DNA of 64,000 bases from Yuukianura sp. NJ FZ-2021 (taxonomy: Eukaryota), in the NCBI GenBank assembly GCA_046563655.1, contig JAJCTO010000010.1, positions 682,001-746,000 on the forward strand. The letters run 5' to 3'. Under the pieces are notes generated by a model. The model saw only the letters and a list, made by a program, of their open reading frames with translations, was not told where the DNA came from and did not search any database. Shown in pieces: positions 24,948 to 36,598 of this stretch. Every line of letters begins with the position of its first letter. Position 1 is the stretch's first letter. The position numbers and the translations under genes are program-made.

Positions 24948-27905
24948 TTACTCAGTCAGGTGTGCTTTGCGCTGGTATTTTCGCGCTAAACGGAAAGTAG
25001 CTTTGGGGGCAGCAGCGCGTTTTGGGCGATTAGAAATCGGGGGATTTGTGTTGGCAGGGACACAAACATCGGGATTTTCGCTAACAACAGGAGGCAGGGG
25101 TTCCTGCGCTTGCGCAATCGATGGAATTTGGATTTCTTGGTCACAACGCGATTCGGGGCTAGGAATGACATTATCGGGAGGGTCAGAATTTTGGGGGAGG
25201 GGCGGTTTTGAAGTACTGGGGTCGTTTTGGGGCAATTGGTTCTGTCGTTGGGGTAACTTAATTTGGGTTTGGGGCAGGAAATTTCTGGCGACGGCTGGTT
25301 CGGAAACGACGGGAGGGGGCTCAAAATCGCTGTCACACGACTCGTAAGTGGAGGAACTACTTTCCGCTGACGCAGAGGAGCTTTCCTCACGCGCCTTATA
25401 GGGTTTTAAACGCTGGATGTTGACAACTGTCTCGTAGGGCTTATGGGGGACAAGGGAAGTGATACGAACGGTGGAGTTTGCGTAGACTTCTAGGATTTTG
25501 TAGGGACCATTCCATTTTCGGGTGAACTTTTTGACATGGGACTTTTTCCGCTGGAAATTTCTGACAAGAACTTTCATCCCGACGACGTATTTAGGGTAGT
25601 GGACTTGCGTTTGGGCTTGGGCACGAATTAGTTGTTGTTCTCGAGACAGCTCGTGGGCGACATTATTAGCCTCGAATAAACGATCTAAGTAATCGTCTTG
25701 GGGTAACTCGTCAGGGGGCAAAAGGAAGAGCTTGTCAACTGGAAGAACAGGCTCACGACCGTAAACCAAGAAGTACGCAGAGAAAGTCGTAGTTTTGTGG
25801 AAGGAACAATTTAGGGAGAAGACGGCACGGGAAACGTGGAGGTCCCAATCTTTGTGATTGTCGGAAACGAATTTCGCGATGACGGACTTGACAGTGCCGT
25901 TATGACGCTCACAAACGCCATTCGACTGGGGATGATAGGAAGTCGTACTGCGGTGTTCAATGGCGTGGTGTTTACAGAACTCAGCGAATTCTTCCGACTG
26001 GAAAACCGAACCACGATCGGAGAGAAGGATTTTGGGGACTCCGTGTCGGTAGAGGACATGTTTCGTCAGGACCTTGATGGCGTGAGCAGAAGTTGCTGCG
26101 GGGACTGGCCAGGCTTCCACGTAGCGGGTGTGGAGGTCAACAATGGTCAAGATGTACGTGTTTCTTCTCGCCGTTAAGGGAAAGGGGCCAATGTAGTCCA
26201 GCGCTAGGGATTGGAAGGGGACAGAGGGAACGTCTAGTCCGACGCTATTTGGGGGAAGGGGAAAGTACCGACGGTTGTGGATTTGGCATTCGTGACACGA
26301 ATTGACGAATTTGACAACGTCACGGTACATCCGAGGCCAGTAGAAGCGGGAACGGAGTAAATGCCAAGTTTTGTGGAGTCCGAGGTGACTTAGGGAGTCT
26401 GTATGGGCCGATTCCATGGTGGATTTTCTAAGGGACTTAGGAAGAACTAAACGCCACAAGTTACCAAACTCGGAATAATTAATTCTGTATAAGACACCAT
26501 TTCGTAGGCTATACTCACGTACGTATTTCGGCTCTTTAAGGGAATGTTGTTTACCAGACTGCTCGGCTTTAAGATATTCGATTATCGGTGACCAATCCGG
26601 CTCTTTAAGTTGGAGCTCACGAAGTTTGGTGTCACGAACTCTTCGGGGGGCATCAGGGGAAACGTTGAGCGCCAACAAATGGTGCTCAATCGCTAAATGG
26701 TCAGTGTCGGAAGGGGCTGGGTCAACGGGGTTACGGGAAAGGGGATCCGCGTCTGTGTGAACTCTTCCGTTTCTGTGTATCACCGTAAAGTCGTAGGGTT
26801 GGAGGGCTAGGGACCAACGGGAGATTTGTCCATACGGATCTTTAAATTTGAGCATGTTACAGAGGGAATGGTGGTCTGTAACAACTTTAAAGTGTCGACC
26901 GTAGAGATAGGGACGGAACTTTTCAACTGCCCAAACGAACGCTTTCATTTCGAGCTGGGGAGTACCAAATTTGGATTCGGAGGGGGAAAGGGCACGGGAC
27001 GCGTAGGCGACAACTCTTTCTTGTCCATCTTGCATCTGGGTCAACGTAGCACCATAACCGAGTCCTGACGCGTCGCAATGAACCGCTGTCTCCGCTTCCT
27101 CATCAGGAAACGCTAAGACAGGGGCTGAGGTCAATTTGTCTTTAAGGGTTTGGAAAGCTTCTTCAGCTTCTGGGGGCCAAGTAAATGGGTCAGTTCGGGT
27201 TTTTGCGCAGAGGACATGGAGGGGACGGGCAATGTTCGCAAAGTTCTCTACAAATCTGCGGTAGTAACTACACAGACTCACGAACGATCTTACACCTCGG
27301 GAATTTTTGGGGGTGGGGAACTCTCGAACTGCGTGGGTTTTGGCGGGGTCAACGGAAATTCCGTCACGGGAAATGATGTGACCAAGGAATTTGAGGGAAT
27401 CTTCTCCAAAATTGCACTTCTTCGGCTTTAGACTGAGTCCAGCACGTCGAAGGCAAGAGAAGACTTGGGAAAGGTGGTCAAGGTGCTCCTCAAATGTCCG
27501 GGAAAAACAGGTAATGTCGTCAAGGTAGATTAGGGCAACTGTCCATTTTAAACGTCCCAAGACATTGTCTATGAGACGCTGCCAAGTACTGGGGGCATTA
27601 CACAGACCAAAGGGCATGACGACAAACTCATATTGTCCGTCGGGGGTTACAAAACTTGTCTTTTCGCGATCTTGGGGGTCAACCTCGATTTGGTAGTAGG
27701 CTTGGTCGCAGTCCATCGAAGAGAAATACTTGGCGCCATTGAGACGATCAAGGGTATCGTCTATTCGGGGGAGGGGGTAGGAGTCTTTCCGGGTAACTTC
27801 GTTAAGTTTTCGGAAATCCACGCAGAACCTCCAGCTATTGTCTGGCTTTTTAACCAGAAGGACGGGGGAACACCAGGGACTGTCACTAGGGGTTAATCGC
27901 TCCAA
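24948..27905 (-). CDS. pol: Gypsy Pol: reverse transcriptase, RNase H, integrase
   Basis: WRFCVDFRKLN, MPFGLCNAP, YLDD; RNase H CDAS and TDHHSL; integrase HHCC, SDRGSVF, SNGVCER and GPY. Confidence 0.97.
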   Translation of the reverse strand: MERLTPSDSPWCSPVLLVKKPDNSWRFCVDFRKLNEVTRKDSYPLPRIDDTLDRLNGAKYFSSMDCDQAYYQIEVDPQDREKTSFVTPDGQYEFVVMPFGLCNAPSTWQRLIDNVLGRLKWTVALIYLDDITCFSRTFEEHLDHLSQVFSCLRRAGLSLKPKKCNFGEDSLKFLGHIISRDGISVDPAKTHAVREFPTPKNSRGVRSFVSLCSYYRRFVENFANIARPLHVLCAKTRTDPFTWPPEAEEAFQTLKDKLTSAPVLAFPDEEAETAVHCDASGLGYGATLTQMQDGQERVVAYASRALSPSESKFGTPQLEMKAFVWAVEKFRPYLYGRHFKVVTDHHSLCNMLKFKDPYGQISRWSLALQPYDFTVIHRNGRVHTDADPLSRNPVDPAPSDTDHLAIEHHLLALNVSPDAPRRVRDTKLRELQLKEPDWSPIIEYLKAEQSGKQHSLKEPKYVREYSLRNGVLYRINYSEFGNLWRLVLPKSLRKSTMESAHTDSLSHLGLHKTWHLLRSRFYWPRMYRDVVKFVNSCHECQIHNRRYFPLPPNSVGLDVPSVPFQSLALDYIGPFPLTARRNTYILTIVDLHTRYVEAWPVPAATSAHAIKVLTKHVLYRHGVPKILLSDRGSVFQSEEFAEFCKHHAIEHRSTTSYHPQSNGVCERHNGTVKSVIAKFVSDNHKDWDLHVSRAVFSLNCSFHKTTTFSAYFLVYGREPVLPVDKLFLLPPDELPQDDYLDRLFEANNVAHELSREQQLIRAQAQTQVHYPKYVVGMKVLVRNFQRKKSHVKKFTRKWNGPYKILEVYANSTVRITSLVPHKPYETVVNIQRLKPYKAREESSSASAESSSSTYESCDSDFEPPPVVSEPAVARNFLPQTQIKLPQRQNQLPQNDPSTSKPPLPQNSDPPDNVIPSPESRCDQEIQIPSIAQAQEPLPPVVSENPDVCVPANTNPPISNRPKRAAAPKATFRLARKYQRKAHLTE

Positions 27906-29861
27906 GGTCTAGAAGTCTTTCAACTTCTTTCTGGATTTCACGTCTTTCAGTGAAACCAGTTCTGTGGGGATGGGTACGAATGGGAGGGGCATCTCCAGTG
28001 TCTATTTTGTGGGTAACAAGATGAGTTCGTCCTAGGGTTTTGGGGTCAAAGTTGAAAACATCCATGTTGGAAACAAGGAAATTTTTCATTTTCTCTTGCT
28101 GTTCGGGGGTTAGGGTTTTGGAAATTTGGAACGCATCGATCCGTTTTTGAAGTCTCAGAGCCGTTATTTCGGCATCGTCGTCATCATTGACGACAAAATT
28201 ACAGATCGAATGCGCTGGGAGGGAAGATTGGGAAGATTTGTTATGTACAGGGTCGAATTCGTCAAGGTTACAGATCACAGAGGATTCTGCAAAGGGTTCG
28301 AAGGTGCCAATGGAGATATTTTGTAGTAGTTTGACTGGCCGGTCGCTCAAGTTCCAGAGGTAGGTGACTCCTGTGCCATCGTGTAAGTGGGAAATTGAAT
28401 TTCCTATGGCGACGTGACGAGCATATTGCAGCTCTTTTCTCGGAGAAATTAGGATATCCCCGGTGAACGGAGTATCTGACCGAACGCTGACGCGTTTCAT
28501 GGTCCGTGGATTGATGATGTAGGAACGAGCCAACCGGAGAAAGTCAGGCGAAGTGGCACTTTGGGACAAATTGGAATTATCAACGAAGGATGCGTCGGAG
28601 TCACGTAAAGTACTGGGATGGGAAGAATCGGAATTTTCGGACGAACTCTGGGGTTTGGGCTGACACTTGGGAGACTCTTTAGGGGGTTTGGGCTTTACAT
28701 GTCTGGGTTTAGGTACTGGGGGTTCGGGGGGTGAACTGGAGGGATCTGAACCATCCCTATCCGACGGATCGGACAGAGACAGCTTGTGGAGGGCATTAAA
28801 TTCGGACTTCTTGACTAGCACGTACTCATTTCTGAGATCAGTGCATGGGAGTTCACCTCGTACAAGGCGTTCGTTAAGGGGGTCAAGGAGAAGCCGCTCG
28901 GAACGGAGAAAATCCGAACCGAGGACTATGTCATTCGACAAATGGGGGAAAATGTGGAATGGGTATTTGAAGGGGACGCCAGCAATGGAAAACTCGATGT
29001 CGACTGATTGGAGGGAATCGCATGGAATGTAACTTCCAAAAGACAGCTTAACCCTTACGGGTTGAACATTGTTCACATTGGAAACAACGCTGGGGAATTT
29101 GGTCAAGAAACTGGGATGGACACAACAGAGCGATGCTCCGCTATCACAAAGGACTGGGATGGTAGTTGAGGCAAAGACGACGTCGATATGGAATGTGGAA
29201 TACTTTGGGGCATTGAGGGCAGCAATTACATTCGCGGCGGAAACACCACAGGGTAGTTCGGAGTCTGGGTCTGGGGACATTGGGGCTTGGGGCGGAAATA
29301 CTGGGGAAACTGCGTCTGCGTCTGGACTGGCTGTAGCAACCCAGTCATCAACTCGGCTCACATTGTTCGGATGGATCCCAAATCTGGAGGTCAACGAAAA
29401 TTCGGGACAGGGAGGGGGCATAACGGCTGGGGGGTTCAATGGGGGGAAAACACAAAGGTCAGAAGTACCAATGGCTACGGAAACGACAGGCTTTACGGAA
29501 ACATCGGAAGGCACACAACGGGATTTGGGTCTGGAAACGGCGGGAAAATCGTGTGGAGAGGGTGGACTTGCCTCCCCAACGACTAAGGGTAAAGTACGGT
29601 CATTGTGGGAACAACATTTGGGACAGGACACTTTTTGGTTTAGGGCTTGTTGGAGTTTGGTGTATAACTCTTGGGGAATAACTGGACTTTGAGAACTGGG
29701 CTTTCTGCCAAAAGCCGACAAGTTCTTGTAAATGGGGAAAGTTGGTTGTTTGTGTTTTCGTCTTTTGGTTCTTGGTTGGGCATTATTTGGTGGTAAGGTC
29801 ATAGTAGGGGTGGCGACTGGAAGCGGCTGTCGTCCCTGCAACGACAGCGCTATTAGTTTTC
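27886..29861 (-). CDS. pol: Gypsy Pol N-terminal part with aspartic protease (reached by -1 frameshift from gag)
   Basis: VLCDSGAS and IVLGSDFL protease motifs; ends THKIDTGDAPPI...LLDLGAI, one base out of frame with TPSDSPW. Confidence 0.9.
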
Positions 29862-29862
29862 C
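29826..29862 (-). promoter_or_regulatory. -1 ribosomal frameshift signal (G_GAA_AAC plus hairpin)
   Basis: Slippery heptamer directly before the gag TAA; 8-bp stem GCTGTCGT/ACGACAGC 7 nt downstream; the -1 frame is open into the protease ORF. Confidence 0.75.
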
Positions 29863-31265
29863 GGAGGTTTTGGAACAATGGCATCCCCAATTTTCTTGAG
29901 GAGTTCAGTCATGGCTGAAAAGCCTTGGATAATCCTTGGACCCCAATGGTCATCTGGGTTTTGTGGGACTGGAGCCGCTTGAGGCGCATGGGAGGGTCCT
30001 GGGCTTGGTTTGAAAACCACCGAAGTTTGGGGGGCAACAGCCTGAGCGTAGGACACAGGCTGCTGTGGGATCTGACCATAGCCTTGCGGCTGTGTGGGAC
30101 GGGGTTTGAGGGGGTGACATCCGTTGGCGATGGGATCCTTGCCTTGGCTTCTCCACCAGTTGTGGCAATAACGCTGGATGTGGCCTGTGCGACTACAAAA
30201 ATCGCAGATAGGACGTCCATCTTCTGCACGTCTACGTTGTGGCTGTGTCTGTCCGGCTGCTTGTGCTGTGGGAATTAGGGCTTGGGCTTGGTACTGAGAG
30301 ACTGGCTGCTGTACTGGGTACTGGGGAGCTGGTTGTGTACCAACTGGGGGGTAATAGGGCTGGGGTGGGGGGTTATTTCCAGATTCCAGAGCATGGAGGG
30401 TAAGGACTTGGGCTGAAACTTCTTTGGGGCGGGTATGAACTTCTGCGACTCTGCGCAGAAGCTTTTGGAAATCAGCACAGGTGGGGATGGACTGGAGAAC
30501 GAAAGACTGTTCTAAGTCTGGGGGTAAACCGCGGACAAGACGCTTGACTTTGGATTCTTCGCTCATGTAGGGGTTGATCTTGGACATAAGTTCCAGTTTT
30601 TCTGCTACGTACTTGTCGATGTTGTCACCCATTTTGTAGCGTAGGGCTTTGTTGATGTTACGAAGCTCTTCAGCTCGTTCGCGTAGGGAAAAATGAGCAA
30701 CAAACCGCAATTCGAAGTCGTTCCAGATTTCTTCGTAGTTGGCATTGGGAGTTTCGATTCGTTCGCGTAGTCTTGGCCACACGGATGCAAACCAAGACTG
30801 AGCAACTCCAGTTACTACGCGGTCGAAATGGCAAAGGGCTCCTTTGGGACCAAAACCAGAGTCAGCTAGATCGTACTTGTAACGGGCAAGGAATTCGGCT
30901 GGGTCACTGCTCCCATCATATTTTCGAATGTACTTGAAAACTTTGATGTCAGGGCGGGAATCTTGTTGATTGGCCAGGGCTTGGGGAGGGGACACCATTT
31001 GGGCTGCATTGGGGAAACTTCCTGCTGCTCTGGGGGATGCATTGGGCGTAGGGGTTATTGGGCGGGGAATACTCGTGGGTACTGGAATCGACGCACATTG
31101 GGTTGAGGGGGCTGGGACTGGGATAGAAACAGTGTTTGTCTGACTGTTTCGTCTTTGGCGGGGTTGGGGTTGGATCTCCGGGGCGTAGTGGGTACTGAAC
31201 CAAACCATTTTTGGGAAGGGGGGGTTAATACTTGTCAATGACAAGTAGTCCTTGGTAGCGGGCAA
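29853..31265 (-). CDS. gag: Gypsy Gag
   Basis: YDGSSDP..FL capsid-like region; CCHC knuckle CDFCSRTGHIQRYC; located upstream of the protease. Confidence 0.92.
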   Translation of the reverse strand: MPATKDYLSLTSINPPFPKMVWFSTHYAPEIQPQPRQRRNSQTNTVSIPVPAPSTQCASIPVPTSIPRPITPTPNASPRAAGSFPNAAQMVSPPQALANQQDSRPDIKVFKYIRKYDGSSDPAEFLARYKYDLADSGFGPKGALCHFDRVVTGVAQSWFASVWPRLRERIETPNANYEEIWNDFELRFVAHFSLRERAEELRNINKALRYKMGDNIDKYVAEKLELMSKINPYMSEESKVKRLVRGLPPDLEQSFVLQSIPTCADFQKLLRRVAEVHTRPKEVSAQVLTLHALESGNNPPPQPYYPPVGTQPAPQYPVQQPVSQYQAQALIPTAQAAGQTQPQRRRAEDGRPICDFCSRTGHIQRYCHNWWRSQGKDPIANGCHPLKPRPTQPQGYGQIPQQPVSYAQAVAPQTSVVFKPSPGPSHAPQAAPVPQNPDDHWGPRIIQGFSAMTELLKKIGDAIVPKPPEN

Positions 31266-31600
31266 AGATGACGAGAAGGGTTCTGAACCAGGGACCGAAC
31301 CAACTCCAATGGTAGTGGTTTAACCGTACTATTAGGGCGATGTAATAGTAAGGCTTCGGTATAGGGCAAAACTTTAAGGAAGATCTGGTATTCGTTTGGG
31401 TATTGTCGCAATCGGTAAATGGGGAACAGGTGGAGAACCAGAAAGTCAATGACAGTGGCTAGGGTTCCGTAAAAACAACTCTTAGTTGCTGAGGTTAGGA
31501 CGAAGTAACAGCCAAAAATTAGATGGGCACCCAAATAGATGCCAACCAGGGAAAGGACTAAGATCAGGGACAATCTCAACCAGTAGAGGAAATTCCACAT
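31235..31600 (-). CDS. Small membrane-protein ORF upstream of gag (121 aa)
   Basis: ATG-initiated; hydrophobic LSLILVLSLVGIYLGAHLIFGCYFVL plus a second hydrophobic stretch; same strand as gag. Confidence 0.55.
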   Translation of the reverse strand: MWNFLYWLRLSLILVLSLVGIYLGAHLIFGCYFVLTSATKSCFYGTLATVIDFLVLHLFPIYRLRQYPNEYQIFLKVLPYTEALLLHRPNSTVKPLPLELVRSLVQNPSRHLCPLPRTTCH

Positions 31601-31649
31601 GGGTGGGGGTGAGGGCGGGGGGTTTTCAACAGTTACTCGAAGTAACTTG

Positions 31650-31769
31650 CTACTGGGGGAACAGCCGTCTCAGTTGTCGGAGGAGGAATCGTTCCAAAAT
31701 AGTTCGTAGGACTTCGTAGATGACAGTGAGTACCAGGACCAGGATTAGCCACACGGTCGTTTCAATCAT
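31650..31769 (-). CDS. 39-aa single-TM micropeptide upstream of gag (not in the ORF track)
   Basis: MIETTVWLILVLVLTVIYEVLRTILERFLLRQLRRLFPQ*; acceptor-like CTCCCTATATTCCAG at 31793 just upstream. Confidence 0.5.
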   Translation of the reverse strand: MIETTVWLILVLVLTVIYEVLRTILERFLLRQLRRLFPQ

Positions 31770-33209
31770 TCGGGGGGAGCGGGGATACTTTTCTGGAATA
31801 TAGGGAGAATTAGAATTTGGACTAAAAAAATAATTGTTTTCTTAATTAGGGGACTAAATTATTTTTAATTTTATATACCAAAAACCTAGAAACAAAAGAA
31901 AAATTATTAAAGAAACGAAGATGGGCTATGGGGCTATGGTTTGTACCAAATTCCACCAAAACCTTTTAAATCCGATGAAGAATGAGCCAAAAACACGCGA
32001 AAACCAAAATAGCCGTAGTCACTTTGGCTAACGAGAGCCAAATTAACACACCGCAAAACCAAAGAAAGAATTCAACCAAAAGAGGGGAGGGTTGAACCAT
32101 AACACACCGACTTTGGGAAAATTTGGGGTGGGTAGGGGCTTTTGGAATTGAAAATCCGAGAAATCTGAAGAATTCCGACGATTAGGTAGGGTATTGCGTC
32201 GTGGGGATATGCGAAATCGCAATTGGGAATTTATCCGACAAGTCTGGGGAAAAGTCGCACCTGGTTGCGTCCAAGTCGCAAGTGACTGCGATCGGCGCAG
32301 ACTGTAGTTGTTGGATATGGCAGTTGGGGGATAATCGGTGGGACTTGGGCGAAAATCGCTAAGTGTTTTGGTTTTGGGGAAAATCGGGCAGCGTTTTGGT
32401 ACGAAGTGAGGGAAATTCAAAATGGGTGATGTTTCAATAGGGGGGAGGCGAAGGGGCGGATAAACAAATTGAAAAACTTGCTAAGTTTTGGGAATTGGGA
32501 AAAATTTGGGCAGAGTTCTGTTACGGGGTGAGGGAAAGCCAATTTAGGTACTGTTCAGTGGGGGGGGGGATATTAAATTTTTGAAAAATCGGCAAAGTAT
32601 TTGAAATTTTAGAAAATTTTGGACAGGGTTTGTTTAGGGATTTCGATTTTCAATTTAAGGTAAGGTTCAGGGAAGGGAAGGTCACTTGAAGGAGGGTTAA
32701 CGACCTTTAATGGATGGTGGGGCTTGTTTTCGGCTTTAGTGGGACGGGTGGGACCAGAAATTGCTAAGTTTTTAACTTTTGAAAAAAAATTTTCGCGGGG
32801 GAAGTTTAGGGAAAGCGATTTAGCGCGAAAAATGGGGTCACTTTAAGGGAGTAGGGGGATAAACGCCGGGCGGTGGGGCGCTACCACACAATAAACAACA
32901 ACCTGACCTTTGATTTGACCTTGGTGGCTCTTCGGTTGTTGACTCTGATGACGTGGCTCAGTTGTCGCTCAAAGGGGGATGGTTCAGAAGAAAGTCGGTG
33001 GCTCAGAAGAAAAACGGTGGCTCAGAAGAAAAATCGGTGGCTCTCGCTTCCTTGGCTCAAAAGGAAGCTGAAAAAAATCGACAAAAATTTTATTAAAATG
33101 AACAAAAAATAATCTGAAAAAAAGGAATTATGTTATGGGAAGGGAGTGAGGTATGGGATGGGGTCAAATTGGGGTCAAAGGTCAAATATAGCCCGTCTGA
33201 GGCCCCACA

Positions 33210-33832
33210 TATGAGGAGGTAGGCTCCTCACGGGCCGCCACAAAGGGCACCCGGAATGTAGGGTCAAGGACAGGTCACAAGAGTGACCTGGCACAAATAA
33301 ATGGACTGGAAAATGGGCGGATGAGGGGGAAATGAACAAATAAACGTTTATTTGAATAAATAATTGAAAAAAACGAAACAAGAACCAATGTGAGGATCTG
33401 TCCAGTGGTGGGTCTGTCTAAGTGGTGGGTCTATCCAAGTGGTGGGTCTATCCAAATGGTGGGTCTATCCAAATGGTGGGTCTGTCCAGTTGCGGCGTGG
33501 CAGCAGAAAATGGCGGACGGAAAAGTTGGAGCGGAGAGACGTGGATCTGGACTGGACAACTGGCAGCCGAAGACTGAAGAAGAAGTGGGAAGTGGGATTC
33601 TGCCTGTTCACAGGCAGAAAGTTCTCGAATGTTCTTGAAGGTGGTTTGGGGGATTCGGGAAGGGGGAAAACACACGTCGACGTGGCAAAAACGCCTTGTC
33701 ATGTTCCTTTGCAGGAGCATGGCAAGGGCTAGTGGGGGAAAATACTGGACTTGGGGAGGAGTCTTGGTTTCATTAGAAACCAAGACTAAAAAGAAATGAA
33801 TTTCGGACGGGAGAGGGAGTAACCTCCTCACA
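33210..33832 (-). repeat. Gypsy 5' LTR
   Basis: Followed on the minus strand by PBS TGTGGGGCCTCAGACGGG, which resembles the tRNA-Pro PBS TGGGGGCTCGTCCGGG. Confidence 0.95.
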
Positions 33833-35450
33833 ATTGAAAAAAGTTTTGTATTGAAATGGCATAACAGTTGTGCTAGACCTAACAAAAACTGTTGTGGAGA
33901 TTTACAACGACTCAGCAAAAAGCTTAGGGTGTTGAAAACAATGCTAAAATTTTTCCAGTATTTTGAATCATTTGAATAGATTTCGTATCAATGGATTGCA
34001 AAACAACTTAGCAGAATGCTGATGCAAAATATTGTAAACCCTGCAATTGAATGCTTAAATGACGCAGTAGTATGTTTCGAGTCGTAAATTTGGTCCCGTT
34101 AGCAATGAGAGGGATACCGCCGAAAATATCGCTTTTCATATATTGTATGAGACGCATTGAAAAAGTTTTGTATAGAAATGGCATAACAGTTGTGCTAGAC
34201 CTAACAAAAACTGTTGTGGAGATTTACAACGACTCAGCAAAAAGCTTAGCGTGTTGAAAACAATGCTAAAATTTTTCCAATATTTTGAGGCAATTGAATA
34301 GATTTCGTATCAATGGATTGCAAAACAACTTAGCAGAATGCTGATGCAAAATATTGTAAACCCTGCAATTGAATGCTTAAATGACGCAGTAGTATGTTTC
34401 GAGTCGTAAATTTGGCCCCGTTAGCAATGAGAGGGATACCGCCGAAAATATCGCTTTTCATATATTGTATGAGACGCATTGAAAAAAGTTTTGTATTGAA
34501 ATGGCATAACAGTTGTGCTAGACCTAACAAAAACTGTTGTGGAGATTTACAACGACTCAGCAAAAAGCTTAGGGTGTTGAAAACAATGCTAAAATTTTTC
34601 CAGTATTTTGAATCATTTGAATAGATTTCGTATCAATGGATTGCAAAACAACTTAGCAGAATGCTGATGCCAAATATTGTAAACCCTGCAATTGAATGCT
34701 TAAATGACGCAGTAGTATGTTTCGAGTCGTAAATTTGGTCCCGTTAGCAATGAGAGGGATACCGCCGAAAATATCGCTTTTCATATATTGTATGAGACGC
34801 ATTGAAAAAAGTTTTGTATAGAAATGGCATAACAGTTGTGCTAGACCTAACAAAAACTGTTGTGGAGATTTACAACGACTCAGCAAAAAGCTTAGCGTGT
34901 TGAAAACAATGCTAAAATTTTTCCAATATTTTGAGGCAATTGAATAGATTTCGTATCAATGGATTGCAAAACAACTTAGCAGAATGCTGATGCAAAATAT
35001 TGTAAACCCTGCAATTGAATGCTTAAATGACGCAGTAGTATGTTTCGAGTCGTAAATTTGGCCCCGTTAGCAATGAGAGGGATACCGCCGAAAATATCGC
35101 TTTTCATATATTGTATGAGACGCATAGAAAAAAGTTTTGTATAGAAATGGCATAACAGTTGTGCTAGACCTAACAAAAACTGTTGTGGAGATTTACAACG
35201 ACTCAGCAAAAAGCTAAGGGTGTTGAAAACAATGCTAAAATTTTTCCAGTATTTTGAATCATTTGAAAAGCTTTCGTATCAATGGATTCAGAGCAACTTA
35301 TTAGAATGCTGATGCAAAATTTTGTAAACTCTGCAATTGAAGGCTTAAATGACGCAGTATTATGTTTCGAGTCGTAAATTTGGCCCCGTTAGCAATGAGA
35401 GGGATACCGCCGAAAATATCGCTTTTCATATATTGTATGAGACGCATTGA
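33833..35450. repeat. 322/323-bp satellite segment (~5 monomers)
   Basis: Tandem monomers. Confidence 0.99.
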
Positions 35451-36500
35451 AAACAAGGTAGGGCAATGCTCAAGGGTTGAGCATAGGTCTTCTGGAGGAG
35501 TAGACAATTGATATGACTCAACCCGGTCGCCTCAAAACCGTTCAACAATTACTACCATAAGAAACCGTTTTAATGACATTCTTCTAAACAGCGCTAATAA
35601 TTTTCAGCGCGGATATGAAGGTCTATTTTGTGCATGAGTTGCCTGCATCAAAACTACGTTGATAATTTTACTGTTTAATTGCACCAAAATCATTTTCCAG
35701 TTGTAAGTTCCAAAACATCTGCACTGAAATGATGATTCATATTTTTTGTTGAGTAAAATGCACAAATGTCAATGTTGTCATGACAATATAGCAAACACAG
35801 TGTTAACATAGCTGCACTAAAATTATGGTGTTAAACAAGTTGCACAACTATTCCGCAACTTGCTACGTAAAATGGTTTGCTTATAATGCACATTGTTTAT
35901 GATAAATGTGCAATTGTTCTCAAATATGCACAAATTGCTAATATTAACGTCCATAAACGAACGTCAAAATAACTGCCCAATTCGACATTTGTGCATCTTA
36001 TTTAAGTGTGCACAAAATTAAGCGTTGAGTGGCAGGCGCCAAATATAGCTGTTTTAAAATCAAAATCGGTTCTAATGCATGCACCATGTGTTAAATCAAG
36101 TGCCTAAGCTATTCAGCCGAATATCGCTTGTTTAAATTCAAAGTTATAAAAATTTCTCAAGAAGGCAAATGAGAACCCCGCCAAGCACCGTTTACGTATT
36201 ACGAATTCAAGCCGTAATTTCTACCCTCTAATAAGGCTTAATTTAACAACGTAATTAAACTAACTGTCAGAAAATGACCAGATGAAAACTTCGTTGTTTA
36301 AATATATTTTGAGTAACAATCGAGACCAAAACTGTTTTGCGGAGCCACGATACTGCGGGTACGTAAAGTAGCCGCCAACTTTTACGTTGTTAATTTAACA
36401 CTTTGAGTGCTATGTAGAACTACTGAAAACTCTTGAGCCATACATAACCCACCGACTGCGATGGGGCTAATGTTTCAGTGCAATGAGTCCTAAAAAACGT

Positions 36501-36535
<35 letters not shown>

Positions 36536-36598
36536 GGACAAAGTCGTATCAATAGTCTTCTTCAGCACGTCGTAGACGTGCGTCTCCAGAAGACTAAA
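35451..36598 (-). mobile_element. HINE/DINE-1-like element, copy 3
   Basis: Same termini as the other copies; (GACA)8 microsatellite near the 5' end; inserted in GCATTGAAAA with loss of TTTTGT from the flank. Confidence 0.85.

Larger units (their letters stand above)
23054..33832 (-). mobile_element. Full-length Ty3/Gypsy LTR retrotransposon
   Basis: LTRs at 23054-23664 and 33210-33832; ATTG 4-bp TSD; PBS next to 33209; gag, PR, RT-RH-IN order. Confidence 0.97.

Noticed and set aside
24028..30278. Plus-strand ORFs within the Gypsy element
   Set aside because: Antisense shadows of gag, pol and the Pro-rich ORF, caused by G-rich strand bias.
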